Shown here in pieces: positions 34,744 to 44,304 of a stretch of DNA of 51,540 bases. The first letter of the stretch is position 1, and every line of letters starts with the position of its first letter. Source of the stretch: Actinomycetota bacterium (GTDB lineage Bacteria > Actinomycetota > Acidimicrobiia > Acidimicrobiales > CADCSY01); assembly GCA_016781105.1 (NCBI GenBank), contig JADDRA010000079.1, positions 3,659 through 55,198 on the forward strand, written 5' to 3'. The translations under genes were made by a program, and so were the position numbers. The notes below the pieces were generated by a model. It worked only from the letters and a program-made list of their open reading frames with translations. It had not been told where the DNA came from and made no database searches.

Positions 34744-35466
34744 TCAGACCACCGGGCCCGGCTGGGGCGGGGCCTGCTCGCGCGTCGACCAGTTGATCTC
34801 GGCGTCGGCCTTGCGCAGGTAGACCGGCGCCAGCTCCCAGGGGTTGATGAACTCCTCGCGCAGGGCCCGGGCGTGGGCGAGCTGCACCAGCGAGCCGGCC
34901 GAGGGGTAGGCCAGGCCGGCCTCGCCGACCTCCACCCTGATGAGCTCCTGGAGCTGCTCGGCGTAGCGCAGGGCGCCGTCGCCCACGGCCAGGCACTCCT
35001 CGCCGGTGGCCAGGATCTCCGAGCACAGCGCCTCGGGATCACCGAGGCGCTGCTCGGAGAGCCGCTGCACCCCGCCGGGGACCTGGCGGTAGAAGCCGTA
35101 GAACACCTCACCCCGGCGGGCGTCGACCACCGACACGATGCGCCGGTGGGTCCAGCGCACCGGGAAGGCGAGCAGGTCGAGGCTGGACACGCCGATGACG
35201 GGCACCCGCAGGGCCATGGCCAGCGCCTTGGCCGTGACCACGCCGACCCGCAGCCCCGTGAACAGCCCCGGCCCCACGTCGGCGACGACCGCGCCGATCT
35301 CGTCGAGCTCGACCCGGGCCTGGCGGCGGATGAAGTCGATGGCCGGGGCCAGGGTCTCGGCGTGGCGCCGTCCCCGGGCGGCGTGGAACGAGGCGAGGAC
35401 CCCCTCGTGGCCCCCGATGGCGCAACCGACCTGGGGAGTGGCCGTCTCGATGCCGAGGATCAGCAC
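34744..35466 (-). CDS. tsaB: tRNA t6A biosynthesis protein TsaB
   Basis: LGIETAT, GPGLFTGLRVG, DARRGEVF, PVYLR. Confidence 0.93.
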   Translation of the reverse strand: MLILGIETATPQVGCAIGGHEGVLASFHAARGRRHAETLAPAIDFIRRQARVELDEIGAVVADVGPGLFTGLRVGVVTAKALAMALRVPVIGVSSLDLLAFPVRWTHRRIVSVVDARRGEVFYGFYRQVPGGVQRLSEQRLGDPEALCSEILATGEECLAVGDGALRYAEQLQELIRVEVGEAGLAYPSAGSLVQLAHARALREEFINPWELAPVYLRKADAEINWSTREQAPPQPGPVV

Positions 35467-35966
35467 GCGGGCCCCCTCGCCGGCGCCCACGGGGCCAGCA
35501 CCGCGCCGAGGGCCCGCTCCCGGGCCGCCCAGGCCGGGCCCACCGTCCGCAGGCACAGCGACCGGTGGTCCCCGGCCTGGTCCCCGTAGGCCAGGCGGAC
35601 CTCGAGGAAGTCGGCGGGCAGCGCCGGGACCACCGCGTCACCCCACTCGATGAGGGTGACGGCGGGGTCGTCGACCATCTCGGCCAGGCCCAGGTCGATG
35701 ACCTCCTGCAGGTGCTCCAGGCGGTACACGTCGACGTGGTTCATGCGCAGGCGGCCCCCGGGATAGGTCCGCACCAGCGTGAAGGTGGGGCTGGTGACGA
35801 CCTCGTCGACCCCCAGCCCGGCGGCGAAGCCCTGAGCGAAGGCGGTCTTGCCCGCGCCCAGCTCGCCGGCCAGCAGGACCAGGTCGCCGGCTCGGGCCAG
35901 GCCCGACAGCGCGCCGGCCAGGGCCCGGGTCTGCTCCACCCCGGTCGTGCCCGCCACCAGGTTCAT
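35460..35966 (-). CDS. tsaE: tRNA t6A biosynthesis ATPase TsaE
   Basis: GELGAGKT, VTSPTF, HVDVYRL, IEWG. Confidence 0.93.
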   Translation of the reverse strand: MNLVAGTTGVEQTRALAGALSGLARAGDLVLLAGELGAGKTAFAQGFAAGLGVDEVVTSPTFTLVRTYPGGRLRMNHVDVYRLEHLQEVIDLGLAEMVDDPAVTLIEWGDAVVPALPADFLEVRLAYGDQAGDHRSLCLRTVGPAWAARERALGAVLAPWAPARGPAC

Positions 35967-36544
35967 CCCGCACCCGCCACGGCGTGAGGATCGCCGGCCA
36001 GGGCGAGCTTGGCCCGCACCAGGTCGGCCCGCATGCCGGCCATGGCCCCGGGGCTGCCCCGCAGGACCGCCGAGGGGTGGTAGGTCGGGATCAGCAGGCG
36101 CCCCGCCCAGGGGTAGGCCCGTCCCCGGAGCTGGGTGATGCCCTCCCGGCGACCGAGCAGGGCCCGGGTGGCCACGTTGCCCAGGGTGACCACCACGCGA
36201 GGAGCGAGGTGGGTGAGCTTGACGTCCAACCACGGGCGGCACGCCGCCATCTCCTCGGGACGCGGATCTCGGTTGTCGGGCGGGCGGCACATCACCACGT
36301 TGGCGATGTAGCAGTCGGAGCGCGCCAGGCCCATCTCCTCGGCGATCAGGCGGTCGAGGAGCTTGCCCGAGCGCCCCACGAAGGGCAGGCCGGCGGCGTC
36401 CTCCTCGGCGCCCGGCCCCTCGCCCACGAAGAGCAGGTCGGCCTCGACGTCACCCGTGCCGAAGACCACCTGGGTCCGGCCCTGGGCCAGGGCGCAGCGG
36501 GTGCAGCTGGCGGCCTCGGCGGCGGCTACGTCCAGGTCCGACAC
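35963..36544 (-). CDS. Uracil-DNA glycosylase family 4 (Fe-S)
   Basis: CTRCAL, VGEGPG, PFVGRSG, CRPPDNR, YHPS. Confidence 0.92.
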   Translation of the reverse strand: MSDLDVAAAEAASCTRCALAQGRTQVVFGTGDVEADLLFVGEGPGAEEDAAGLPFVGRSGKLLDRLIAEEMGLARSDCYIANVVMCRPPDNRDPRPEEMAACRPWLDVKLTHLAPRVVVTLGNVATRALLGRREGITQLRGRAYPWAGRLLIPTYHPSAVLRGSPGAMAGMRADLVRAKLALAGDPHAVAGAG

Positions 36545-36566
36545 CCCGGCGATGGTACCCCGGTGC

Positions 36567-37754
36567 TCAGGGGCCGGAGCCGTCCGCCCGCGCCCCCAGG
36601 TGGCACCGCGGGACCCGGGCCGAGATGGCGCACACCACCTCGTAGGCGATGGTGCCCAGGCGCTCGGCCCACTCCTCGGCCCCGATCCGCTCGTCCCCCT
36701 GCTCGCCGATGAGCACCACCTCGTCGCCGGGAGCGACGGCGGCGGCGAGGGGCTCGTCCGCCGCCCCGCAGTCGACCAGGAGCTGGTCCATGGTGACGGT
36801 GCCCACCACCGGCCGGCGCCGGCCCCCGAGGAGGACCTCGCCTCCGACCTCGGAGAAGCGGCGGGGCACACCGTCGGCGTAGCCCAGGGGAACGGTGGCG
36901 ACCACCGAGTCCCGGGCGCAGCGGTGGACCAGCCCGTAGGAGAGGCCCTCCCCGGCGGGCACGGTCCGCACCAGCGAGACGCGAGCGACCAGGCGCAGCG
37001 CCGGGCGCAACGGGGCGCGGCCGTGCAGGGCGGGGCTCGGGTCGAGGCCGTAGACGGTGATGCCGCAGCGCACCAGGTCGTGGCGCAGCTCGGGGCGGTC
37101 GAGGGCGGCGGCCGAGTTGGCGACGTGGACGAGGGGAGGGCGCAGGCCGGCGAGGGACAGCTCCTCCACCACGGCGGCGAAGCGCCGGGCCTGCACCGTC
37201 GTGAAGGGATGGGCCGGCTGGTCGGCCACCGCGCAGTGGGTCCACAGGCCCTCGAGCACCAGCTCGGGCTGCTCGGCCACCGCTGCGGCCAGCACCCGCG
37301 CGTCGCCGGTGGCCGCTCCCACCCGGTGCATCCCGGTGTCGACCTTGAGGTGCACCGGCAGCGTCCCGGCGCCGGCCCTGGCCACCGCCGCGGCCAGGCC
37401 CTCGATCCCCTGGCGGGTGTAGACGGTGGGGCGCAGGCCGAGAGCCACCACCGCGTCGTGCTCGCCGGGCGAGGGCTCGGCCAGGACCAGGACCGGCGCG
37501 TCGATGCCCGCCTCCCGCAGGGGCACCGCTTCGGCGGCCATGGCCACCGCAAGCCACGATGCCCCGGCCCCGAGCGCGGCCCGGGAGACGGCGAGCGCGC
37601 CGTGGCCGTAGCCGTCGGCCTTGACGACCGCGCACAGCCCGGCCGGCGCCACGACGCCACAGAGGGCCCGGACGTTGGCCGCCACCGCCTCCAGGTCGAC
37701 CTCGGCCCACACCGGTCGGCCGCCCGCGCCGAGCGCGGTGTCGACCGCGGTCAC
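36567..37754 (-). CDS. alr: Alanine racemase
   Basis: AVVKADGYGHG, HLKVDTGMHRVG, GYADG, TIAYEV. Confidence 0.95.
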   Translation of the reverse strand: MTAVDTALGAGGRPVWAEVDLEAVAANVRALCGVVAPAGLCAVVKADGYGHGALAVSRAALGAGASWLAVAMAAEAVPLREAGIDAPVLVLAEPSPGEHDAVVALGLRPTVYTRQGIEGLAAAVARAGAGTLPVHLKVDTGMHRVGAATGDARVLAAAVAEQPELVLEGLWTHCAVADQPAHPFTTVQARRFAAVVEELSLAGLRPPLVHVANSAAALDRPELRHDLVRCGITVYGLDPSPALHGRAPLRPALRLVARVSLVRTVPAGEGLSYGLVHRCARDSVVATVPLGYADGVPRRFSEVGGEVLLGGRRRPVVGTVTMDQLLVDCGAADEPLAAAVAPGDEVVLIGEQGDERIGAEEWAERLGTIAYEVVCAISARVPRCHLGARADGSGP

Positions 37755-38224
37755 GACGGCGGGTAGCCCATCACCGCCCGCAGGATGTCGCCCCTGGCGA
37801 TGATGCCGACCAGGTGCCCGTTGGCGGTGACCGGCAGCCGGCTGACGTCGTGCTCGTGCATCAGCGTGGCCGCCCGCTCCAGGGTGTCGTCGTCGGCACA
37901 GGCGAGGGGGTCGGGGTGCATGACGTCGCCCACGGTGGCCCCCACCGCCCGGCGGAGGTCCTCTTCGAACCTGCGGTGCGACGAGGGCAGCTCCAGGTAG
38001 GCGCCGAACAGCGAGATGACGGTCGGGTAGTGCAGCTTGGTCTCCTGGACCAGCAGGTCCCCGCTCGTGAGCATGCCCACCAGGTGCCCGTGCTCGTCGA
38101 CCACGGGACCGCCGTCGACCCCCCGCTCGACCAGGCGGCGGGTCGCCTCCTGCACCGGCTCCTCGGGGGTGAAGGTCACCACGTCGGTGGTCATGACCTC
38201 GTGGACGAGGGTGGTACGGGGCAT
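37751..38224 (-). CDS. CBS domain pair protein
   Basis: Two CBS repeats (VHEVMT...LVGML; VGDVM...LVGII). Confidence 0.9.
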   Translation of the reverse strand: MPRTTLVHEVMTTDVVTFTPEEPVQEATRRLVERGVDGGPVVDEHGHLVGMLTSGDLLVQETKLHYPTVISLFGAYLELPSSHRRFEEDLRRAVGATVGDVMHPDPLACADDDTLERAATLMHEHDVSRLPVTANGHLVGIIARGDILRAVMGYPPS

Positions 38225-38228
38225 CGGC

Positions 38229-39599
38229 CTACCTCGGGGACGGGCCGCACCGGTCGCTCGGCGCGGGCGGGAGCACGGCGGGCAGCAGATCGACCAGATC
38301 GCCGGCGACCAGCCCCCGGGGCCAGCCTAGGCTCCCGGCCCGTCCGTGGACGTGAGCGGCGGCGGCGGCGGCCGCCAGGGGATCGAGGCCGGCGGCGAGG
38401 AAGGCGGCCACCACCCCCGAGAGGACATCGCCGGTGCCGGCCGTGGCCAGCCGGGGCCCCCCGCTGGTGGTGAGCAGCACGTCCCCGCCGGGCCCGGCCA
38501 CCACCGTGGTGGAGCCCTTGAGCAGCACGGTGGCGCCGCGGGCGGCGGCCAGGGACCGGGCCGCCTCCAGGCGGTCGGGACCGGGAGGGTGGCCGGCCAG
38601 GCGGGCGTACTCGCCGTCGTGGGGCGTGAGCACGGTGGTGGGGGCCAGCGACAGCTCCGCGCCGGCCAGGGCGCTCAGCCCGTCGCCGTCGACCACCAGG
38701 GGGAGCGGGCAGGACCGGGCCAGGTGGCGCACCTCGGCGGCGGCCAGGTCGTCGCGCCCGAGGCCGGGGCCCACGACGACGCAGCGGAAGCGGTCGAGGC
38801 CGGCCAGCACGACCTCGGCCCACCCCCTCGCCGGCAGCGGGACGCCCACGGCCTCGAGGGGCGCGCCCTCGCCCGTCTGCCCCCCCGGTGTCGACAGACG
38901 CACGTAGCCGGCGCCGGCCCGCTGGGCGGCACGGCAGGCCAGGGTGGCGGCCCCGGTCATGCCCGGGCTGCCCGCCACCACCCACACCGCCGCCCGCCAC
39001 TTGTGGCTGTCGAGGGGCCGGTCGGGCAGCCAGGCGGCCACGTCGTCGCCGCCCACCAGGTGGGCCCGGGCGACGCCGGCGGCGTCGAGGCCGATGTCGG
39101 CCACCTCGACCCTCCCGGCCAGCTCCCGGCCCGGGGCGAGCACCAGGCCGGGCTTGAGGGCGGCGAAGGTCACCGTGCGCACCGCGGCCAGGGCCTGCCC
39201 CTCGACCTGCCCGGTGCCTCCGTCGACCCCGCTGGGTACGTCGACGGCGAGCACGGACGCTCCGGCGGGATCGGGCGGGTCCCAGGTGCCCCGGAAGCCC
39301 GTGCCGTAGGCGGCGTCGACCACCAGGTCGCAGGCGGGCACGACCGGGGCCCCGGCGGCGGCGTCGAGGACCTCGACCCGCACGCCCTGGCGCCGCAGCC
39401 GCCGGGCCGCCTCCCGGCCGTCGGCACCGTTGTTGCCCTTGCCCGCCACCACCACGACCCGCCGGCCGTAGGACCCTGCGAGGAGGTCGAGCGCGGCCCG
39501 GGCCACGGCGGCGCCGGCCCGGGCGATGAGCACCTCCACGGGTTCGGGAGCGGCGGCGTCGACCGCCGCCATCTGCGCAGGCGTGACGACGGGGATCAC
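38229..39599 (-). CDS. nnr: Bifunctional NAD(P)HX epimerase/dehydratase
   Basis: GKGNNGADG, AVDVPSG, VDGDGL, LTPHDGE, LATAGTGDVL. Confidence 0.92.
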   Translation of the reverse strand: MIPVVTPAQMAAVDAAAPEPVEVLIARAGAAVARAALDLLAGSYGRRVVVVAGKGNNGADGREAARRLRRQGVRVEVLDAAAGAPVVPACDLVVDAAYGTGFRGTWDPPDPAGASVLAVDVPSGVDGGTGQVEGQALAAVRTVTFAALKPGLVLAPGRELAGRVEVADIGLDAAGVARAHLVGGDDVAAWLPDRPLDSHKWRAAVWVVAGSPGMTGAATLACRAAQRAGAGYVRLSTPGGQTGEGAPLEAVGVPLPARGWAEVVLAGLDRFRCVVVGPGLGRDDLAAAEVRHLARSCPLPLVVDGDGLSALAGAELSLAPTTVLTPHDGEYARLAGHPPGPDRLEAARSLAAARGATVLLKGSTTVVAGPGGDVLLTTSGGPRLATAGTGDVLSGVVAAFLAAGLDPLAAAAAAAHVHGRAGSLGWPRGLVAGDLVDLLPAVLPPAPSDRCGPSPR

Positions 39600-39640
39600 C
39601 CGACCATTCTCCCCCTCCGCCCGCGGTAGCCTGCCCCGCC

Positions 39641-40441
39641 ATGCCCGACGAGGACCCCAAGGCTCGCGTCCTGCGCCGCCAGCTCCTCTGGCAGGGGTTG
39701 GTGGGGGCCGGGGTGCTGGCCGCCGGCCCCACCCTCTTCCGGTCGGTGCTGGCGGCCCCGCCCTCGGCGGGTGCGGTCGATCTGGGGCCGGCCCGGCTGA
39801 TCGCCGCCGTGCCCGCTCCCCCGGTGGTCACCCGCTCCCAGTGGGGCGCCGACGAGCGCCTGCGCCGGGGCAGCCCCGACTTCGCCCCCATCCGCCAGGT
39901 GATCGTGCATCACACGGTGACGGCCACCCAGGAGCCCGACCCGGCGGCGCGGGTCCGGGCCATCCACGCCTTCCACGTGCAGGGCAACGGCTGGTCCGAC
40001 ATCGGCTACAACTTCCTGGTCGACCAGGCCGGGCGGATCTACGAGGGCCGGGCCGGGGGGGCCGGGCCGCCCGGCGAGGACGGGGCCGGTCGTGGTGTCG
40101 TCGGCGCCCACGCCGAGGGGCACAACGCCGGCAGCGTGGGGGTGGCCATCCTCGGCACCTTCACCGAGGACGGGGTGACGCCCTCCGATGCCGCCCTCGA
40201 CGCGGTCGCCGCCGTCGCCGCCTGGAAGCTCGGGACCCGGGACATCGACCCGGTGGCCCCGGGTGCGCTCATCGGCCACCGCGACGTGGTGTCCACCGGC
40301 TGCCCCGGGGCCGGCTGCCAGCGCCGCCTCCCCGAGCTGCGCGACCGGGCCCGGGCCCGCATCGCCGGGGCCTCCTCCCAGCCTGAGGACGGCGGCCTGA
40401 TCGAGGAGGTGCTCGAGGCGGTGGGCGGCCTGCTCGGCTGA
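39641..40441 (+). CDS. N-acetylmuramoyl-L-alanine amidase (Amidase_2/PGRP-like) with probable Tat signal
   Basis: LRRQLL plus hydrophobic stretch; RSQWGA, IVHHT, GWSDIGYNFLV, GHRD...CPG. Confidence 0.88.
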   Translation: MPDEDPKARVLRRQLLWQGLVGAGVLAAGPTLFRSVLAAPPSAGAVDLGPARLIAAVPAPPVVTRSQWGADERLRRGSPDFAPIRQVIVHHTVTATQEPDPAARVRAIHAFHVQGNGWSDIGYNFLVDQAGRIYEGRAGGAGPPGEDGAGRGVVGAHAEGHNAGSVGVAILGTFTEDGVTPSDAALDAVAAVAAWKLGTRDIDPVAPGALIGHRDVVSTGCPGAGCQRRLPELRDRARARIAGASSQPEDGGLIEEVLEAVGGLLG

Positions 40442-40451
40442 CGAGCGCCGC

Positions 40452-40817
40452 TCAGAGGGCCACGGCGACGGCCTGAGCCAGCCCGGAGGTGTGGCTGAGG
40501 CTGAGGCGCCACTCGGCCACCCCGTGCTCGGCGGCCACCGCCGCCGCCCGTCCGTGGAGGCGCACCGTGGGGGCGCCCGACGCCGACCGGCACACCTCCA
40601 CGTCGCGCAGGGGGAAGCGGCCCAGGCCCACGCCCAGGGCCTTCATCACCGCCTCCTTGGCCGCAAAGCGGGCCGCCAGCCCCTCGACGGGGTTGTGGCG
40701 GCGCCCGACGTCGGCCCGCTCGGCCTCGTGGAAGAGCCGCTCGGCCAGGCCGGGGGTGCGGGCCAGGGCCCGGCGGAAGCGCTCGACCTCCACCAGGTCG
40801 GTCCCGATGCCGATCAG
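40452..40817 (-). CDS. acpS: Holo-[acyl-carrier-protein] synthase
   Basis: IGIGTDLV, ARFAAKEAVMKALG, SLSH; probable CTG start in a CTGA overlap with the glmS stop. Confidence 0.9.
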   Translation of the reverse strand: MIGIGTDLVEVERFRRALARTPGLAERLFHEAERADVGRRHNPVEGLAARFAAKEAVMKALGVGLGRFPLRDVEVCRSASGAPTVRLHGRAAAVAAEHGVAEWRLSLSHTSGLAQAVAVAL

Positions 40818-43800
40818 CTCGCTCTCCAGTGCCGGGCCAGTACGTGGACGGGCTCGGTCAGCAGCTCCACGATGGGCACCTGGCCCAGCACCTCGTCGGC
40901 GAAGGCGGGCTCGGTCTCGGTGACGGCGTCGACCAGGGCGCCGTAGCGACCCTGGTAGCCCTCCAGCACCGCCCGGGCCACCTCGGGCGCCAGCCGCCCG
41001 GCGAAGCGGACGTGGAGCAGGACCAGGCCCGTCGTCCTGCTCTCCCGGCTCTCGGGGACGATCAGCACGGTCCGACCGTCGCTTGCCCCCACGGCGGCCG
41101 TCACCTCCCGCTGGGTGGCCACCCGGTGCTTGGTCCCCCGCAACTCGGGGGAGCGCTCGGCCCGGGAGACGAGCCCGGCCGCGATGCCCTGCTGGTCGAG
41201 CACGCCCAGCCGGGCCGTTCCCTCGGCCACGGTGCCGTCGATGCGGTAGCGGGTCGACCCCAGCACCTCCTCCACGGCCGGACCCAGGGCGGCCAGGGTG
41301 CGCAGGGCCCGGTAGCCGAGGCGCTCCCGGGCCCCGCCGGCGGCCAGCACGGCGCCCACCAGCGGGGCACCCAGGAGGGCGTCCTCCGAGCGGGAGATGC
41401 CCACGGTCACCGTCTTGGCCTGGTGCTTGATGGCGTCGACCGGTCGGGTCAGCGCCTCGATCCCCCGGGTCAGCGCGTTGGTCAGGTCCTCGACCACGAC
41501 GCTGGGCAGGCCGAGGCGCCCGTGGTCGGACTCGTAGGCCTCGAGGGGGGCGACCCCGGTGGCGTAGCGCAGCAGGGACGCCACCTCGACGGCGACCGAC
41601 GCGTCGAGGCACCCGTCCAGCGCGCCGGAGCGCAGGGCGGCGTGGATGGTCGCCGCCGCCGGGCGCAGCGCCGGCGCCAGCCGCTCGAGCAGCCCGGCGC
41701 CGTCGGGCTCGGCCAGCACGTCCTCGACCGCGGCCCGGGCCTGGCGCAGGAGCCGGGCCTGGGCGTCGATGGCCAGGGCCGCCTCGTAGCCGAAGAGGTG
41801 CCCGGCCATGGCCGACAGCACGAAGGCCAGAGCGGGGTGCACGGCCGGCACCGGCAGCGTGGCCAGGGCGCCGACCAGCTCCTGGCCCTCGGTGGCCACC
41901 ACCACCGGCGCGGCCCGGTGGGCCCGGTAGATCGCCACCTCCTTGGCCACGTCGTCGGCGTTGGGTCCCTCCAGACCCGCCGCGCACACCAGCACCAGCG
42001 GCTCGGAGGACAGGTCGATGTGCTTCTTGTCCTCGGTGGCGTCGCAGGCGATCGACTTGTAGCACAGCTCCGACAGCTTGATCCGCACCTCCTCGGCGGC
42101 GATGCGGTTGACGCCGTTGCCCACCACCGCCCAGGACCGGCGGGAGGGGGCGTGGACCCGGGCCGCCTCGGCGATGCGCTCCCGCCCGGCCAGCACCTCG
42201 GCCATGGCGGCGGGGAGGTCACCCAGCCCGGCCAGCACCGCCGCGGCCCGGTCCCGGTCGGCGCAGCCCAGGGCGTCGGCGATGCCCTCGGCCAGCAGGA
42301 AGCCGGCCGCCACCTGGGCGTAGAACGCCTTGGTCGAGGCCACGCTCATCTCCACGTCCCGCCCGTCGGAGGTGAACAGCACCCCGTCGGCCTTCTCCAC
42401 CAGGTCGCTGTTGCGCCGGTTGACGATGGCCACCACCGCCGCGCCCCGGGCCCGGACCAGGTCGACGGTGCGGTTGGTGTCGGTGGTGGTCCCCGACTGG
42501 CTGACGGGGATGACCAGCGTGTCGGACATGTCGTCGTCGAGGCCGAAGCCCGACAGCTCGGTGGCCAGGGCGGACTCGACCCGCAGCGGGGAGCGGGCAC
42601 ACGCGGCGGCCACCGCGCTGGCCACGCTCTGGGCGGCGACGGCCGCCGTCCCCTGGCCGATGACCAGCACCCGGGCGAGGGAGCCGTCACCCAGCGCCTT
42701 GCGCAGCGGCTCGGGCAGGACGTCGTCGTCGAGGGTGACGCAGGGCCGTCCCTCACGGGTGCCGATGCGCCCACGCAGGGTCCGGGCCAGCGACCGGGGC
42801 GCCTCGGACAGCTCCTTGAGCAGGTAGTGGGGGAAGTGGCCGCGGTCGATGTCGCGGGTGGTGATCTCGGCCACCGCCACGTCGCCGTCGCCCACCGGCA
42901 GGGGCGTGCCGTCGTAGGACCAGCGCCGGACCCCCTCGAGGCCCTCGGCAGCAGGGTCGACCACGACCACCTGCCCCCGGGCCCCGGCCGGCCCGTGGGC
43001 GCTCTCCCCGTCGATGCGCAGGTAGCGGCGGGTCTCGCCCACCACGCCGTACGGCTCGCTGGCCACGACGTAGGTATCCTCGGCCAGGCCCACGTAGAGC
43101 GCCTGGCCGCTCCCCCGCACGGCCAGGGCCAGGCACCCGGGGGTGGCGCCCAGGCTGGCCGCCACCGCCATGGAGCCCTCCAGGCCGGCGACGGCTCGGC
43201 GGAAGGCCTCTGCCGGGGTCGAGCCGGCGGCCACCTCGCGGGACACGAGGGCGGGTACCACCTTGGAGTCGCAGGAGATCTCCACCGGGATGCGAAGGTC
43301 CCGCTGGCGCCGCAGCTCGAGGTGGTTGTCGACGTCGCCGTTGACGGCCACGGCGACGTAGGGCCTGCTGGAGGGCGCGCCGTCCTCTCCCTCCTCCTCC
43401 TGGTCGAGGGGGTGGGCGTTGGCCTGGGAGACGGTGCCGACGCTGGCCCAGCGGGTGTGGCCGAGCACGCTCACCCTGGCCGTGGGCGCGGCCAGCGCCC
43501 GGTGGAGGAGGTCGTCGCCGCGCACCTCCTGGCGCAGCGCCCGGGTGTTGTCGCCCAGCTCACCGATCTCGGCCGCGGCCTTGTACACCAGGGCCAGGCG
43601 CCCGCCCGGGGTGCGCACCGCCCCCGAGGTGAACAGCGGGTCACGCCGGGCCTCCAGGGCGGCGGCGAGCTCGGGATCGGAGAGGTCCAGGCCGTGCCCG
43701 TCGACCAGCAGGTGGAGCCCGGCCGAGTCCCGCCCGCGGACCTCGAGGCGGTCGAGGGCCGACAGGGCGACCTCCACGGCTAGGAAGGCCCCTACCGCGG

Positions 43801-44245
43801 CCCGTCCCGGGTCGGGGCCGGCGAGGTCGGCCACCGCCCGAGCCGCGCCCAGGCGGTCGCGCCCGAGCGCCCAGGACGCATCCTTCAGCCGGACCAGGGC
43901 GACGTTGTGGGCCTCCAGGGCCCGGCCCGACAGCTCTGCGGCCCGGAGGTCGAGCTCGCCGTCGAGGCGACGGAGGGTGGCTTCGGTGCGCTCGGCCACT
44001 GCGTGGATCTCCTCGGCCACCGCCGGATGGTCGAGCAGGAACTGCACGCCCGGGGCGCCCCGCAGCGCCGCATCGAGTGACTCCAGCGGGGCAGCGGCAG
44101 CCACCATCGCCGCCGTGGTGGACGCACCCTCGTCACCGGTGGCGGCCAGGGCGGCGTCGACCTCGGCGAGCAGGGCGCGCACCTCGGCGGCTCCCGGCGG
44201 CACGCGCTCGGACGGCCGGCCGACGACGGCGATGATCCCGCACAT
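40814..44245 (-). CDS. glmS: Glutamine-fructose-6-phosphate aminotransferase, extended form (1143 aa)
   Basis: MCGII, LEVRGRDSAG, GHTRWA, NAHP, SQSGTT.DT, VASTKAF, AKTVTV; located between glmM and acpS. Confidence 0.85.
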   Translation of the reverse strand: MCGIIAVVGRPSERVPPGAAEVRALLAEVDAALAATGDEGASTTAAMVAAAAPLESLDAALRGAPGVQFLLDHPAVAEEIHAVAERTEATLRRLDGELDLRAAELSGRALEAHNVALVRLKDASWALGRDRLGAARAVADLAGPDPGRAAVGAFLAVEVALSALDRLEVRGRDSAGLHLLVDGHGLDLSDPELAAALEARRDPLFTSGAVRTPGGRLALVYKAAAEIGELGDNTRALRQEVRGDDLLHRALAAPTARVSVLGHTRWASVGTVSQANAHPLDQEEEGEDGAPSSRPYVAVAVNGDVDNHLELRRQRDLRIPVEISCDSKVVPALVSREVAAGSTPAEAFRRAVAGLEGSMAVAASLGATPGCLALAVRGSGQALYVGLAEDTYVVASEPYGVVGETRRYLRIDGESAHGPAGARGQVVVVDPAAEGLEGVRRWSYDGTPLPVGDGDVAVAEITTRDIDRGHFPHYLLKELSEAPRSLARTLRGRIGTREGRPCVTLDDDVLPEPLRKALGDGSLARVLVIGQGTAAVAAQSVASAVAAACARSPLRVESALATELSGFGLDDDMSDTLVIPVSQSGTTTDTNRTVDLVRARGAAVVAIVNRRNSDLVEKADGVLFTSDGRDVEMSVASTKAFYAQVAAGFLLAEGIADALGCADRDRAAAVLAGLGDLPAAMAEVLAGRERIAEAARVHAPSRRSWAVVGNGVNRIAAEEVRIKLSELCYKSIACDATEDKKHIDLSSEPLVLVCAAGLEGPNADDVAKEVAIYRAHRAAPVVVATEGQELVGALATLPVPAVHPALAFVLSAMAGHLFGYEAALAIDAQARLLRQARAAVEDVLAEPDGAGLLERLAPALRPAAATIHAALRSGALDGCLDASVAVEVASLLRYATGVAPLEAYESDHGRLGLPSVVVEDLTNALTRGIEALTRPVDAIKHQAKTVTVGISRSEDALLGAPLVGAVLAAGGARERLGYRALRTLAALGPAVEEVLGSTRYRIDGTVAEGTARLGVLDQQGIAAGLVSRAERSPELRGTKHRVATQREVTAAVGASDGRTVLIVPESRESRTTGLVLLHVRFAGRLAPEVARAVLEGYQGRYGALVDAVTETEPAFADEVLGQVPIVELLTEPVHVLARHWRAS

Positions 44246-44304
44246 CGCCGCGAGGCTAGTGGTGGCCCCGGCCCGGCTTCCCCTTCGCCCGGGCACGCAC
44301 CCGC

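Noticed and set aside
44246-44304. glmS ribozyme upstream of glmS
   Set aside because: Only 59 bp separate glmM and glmS, and the gene appears leaderless.
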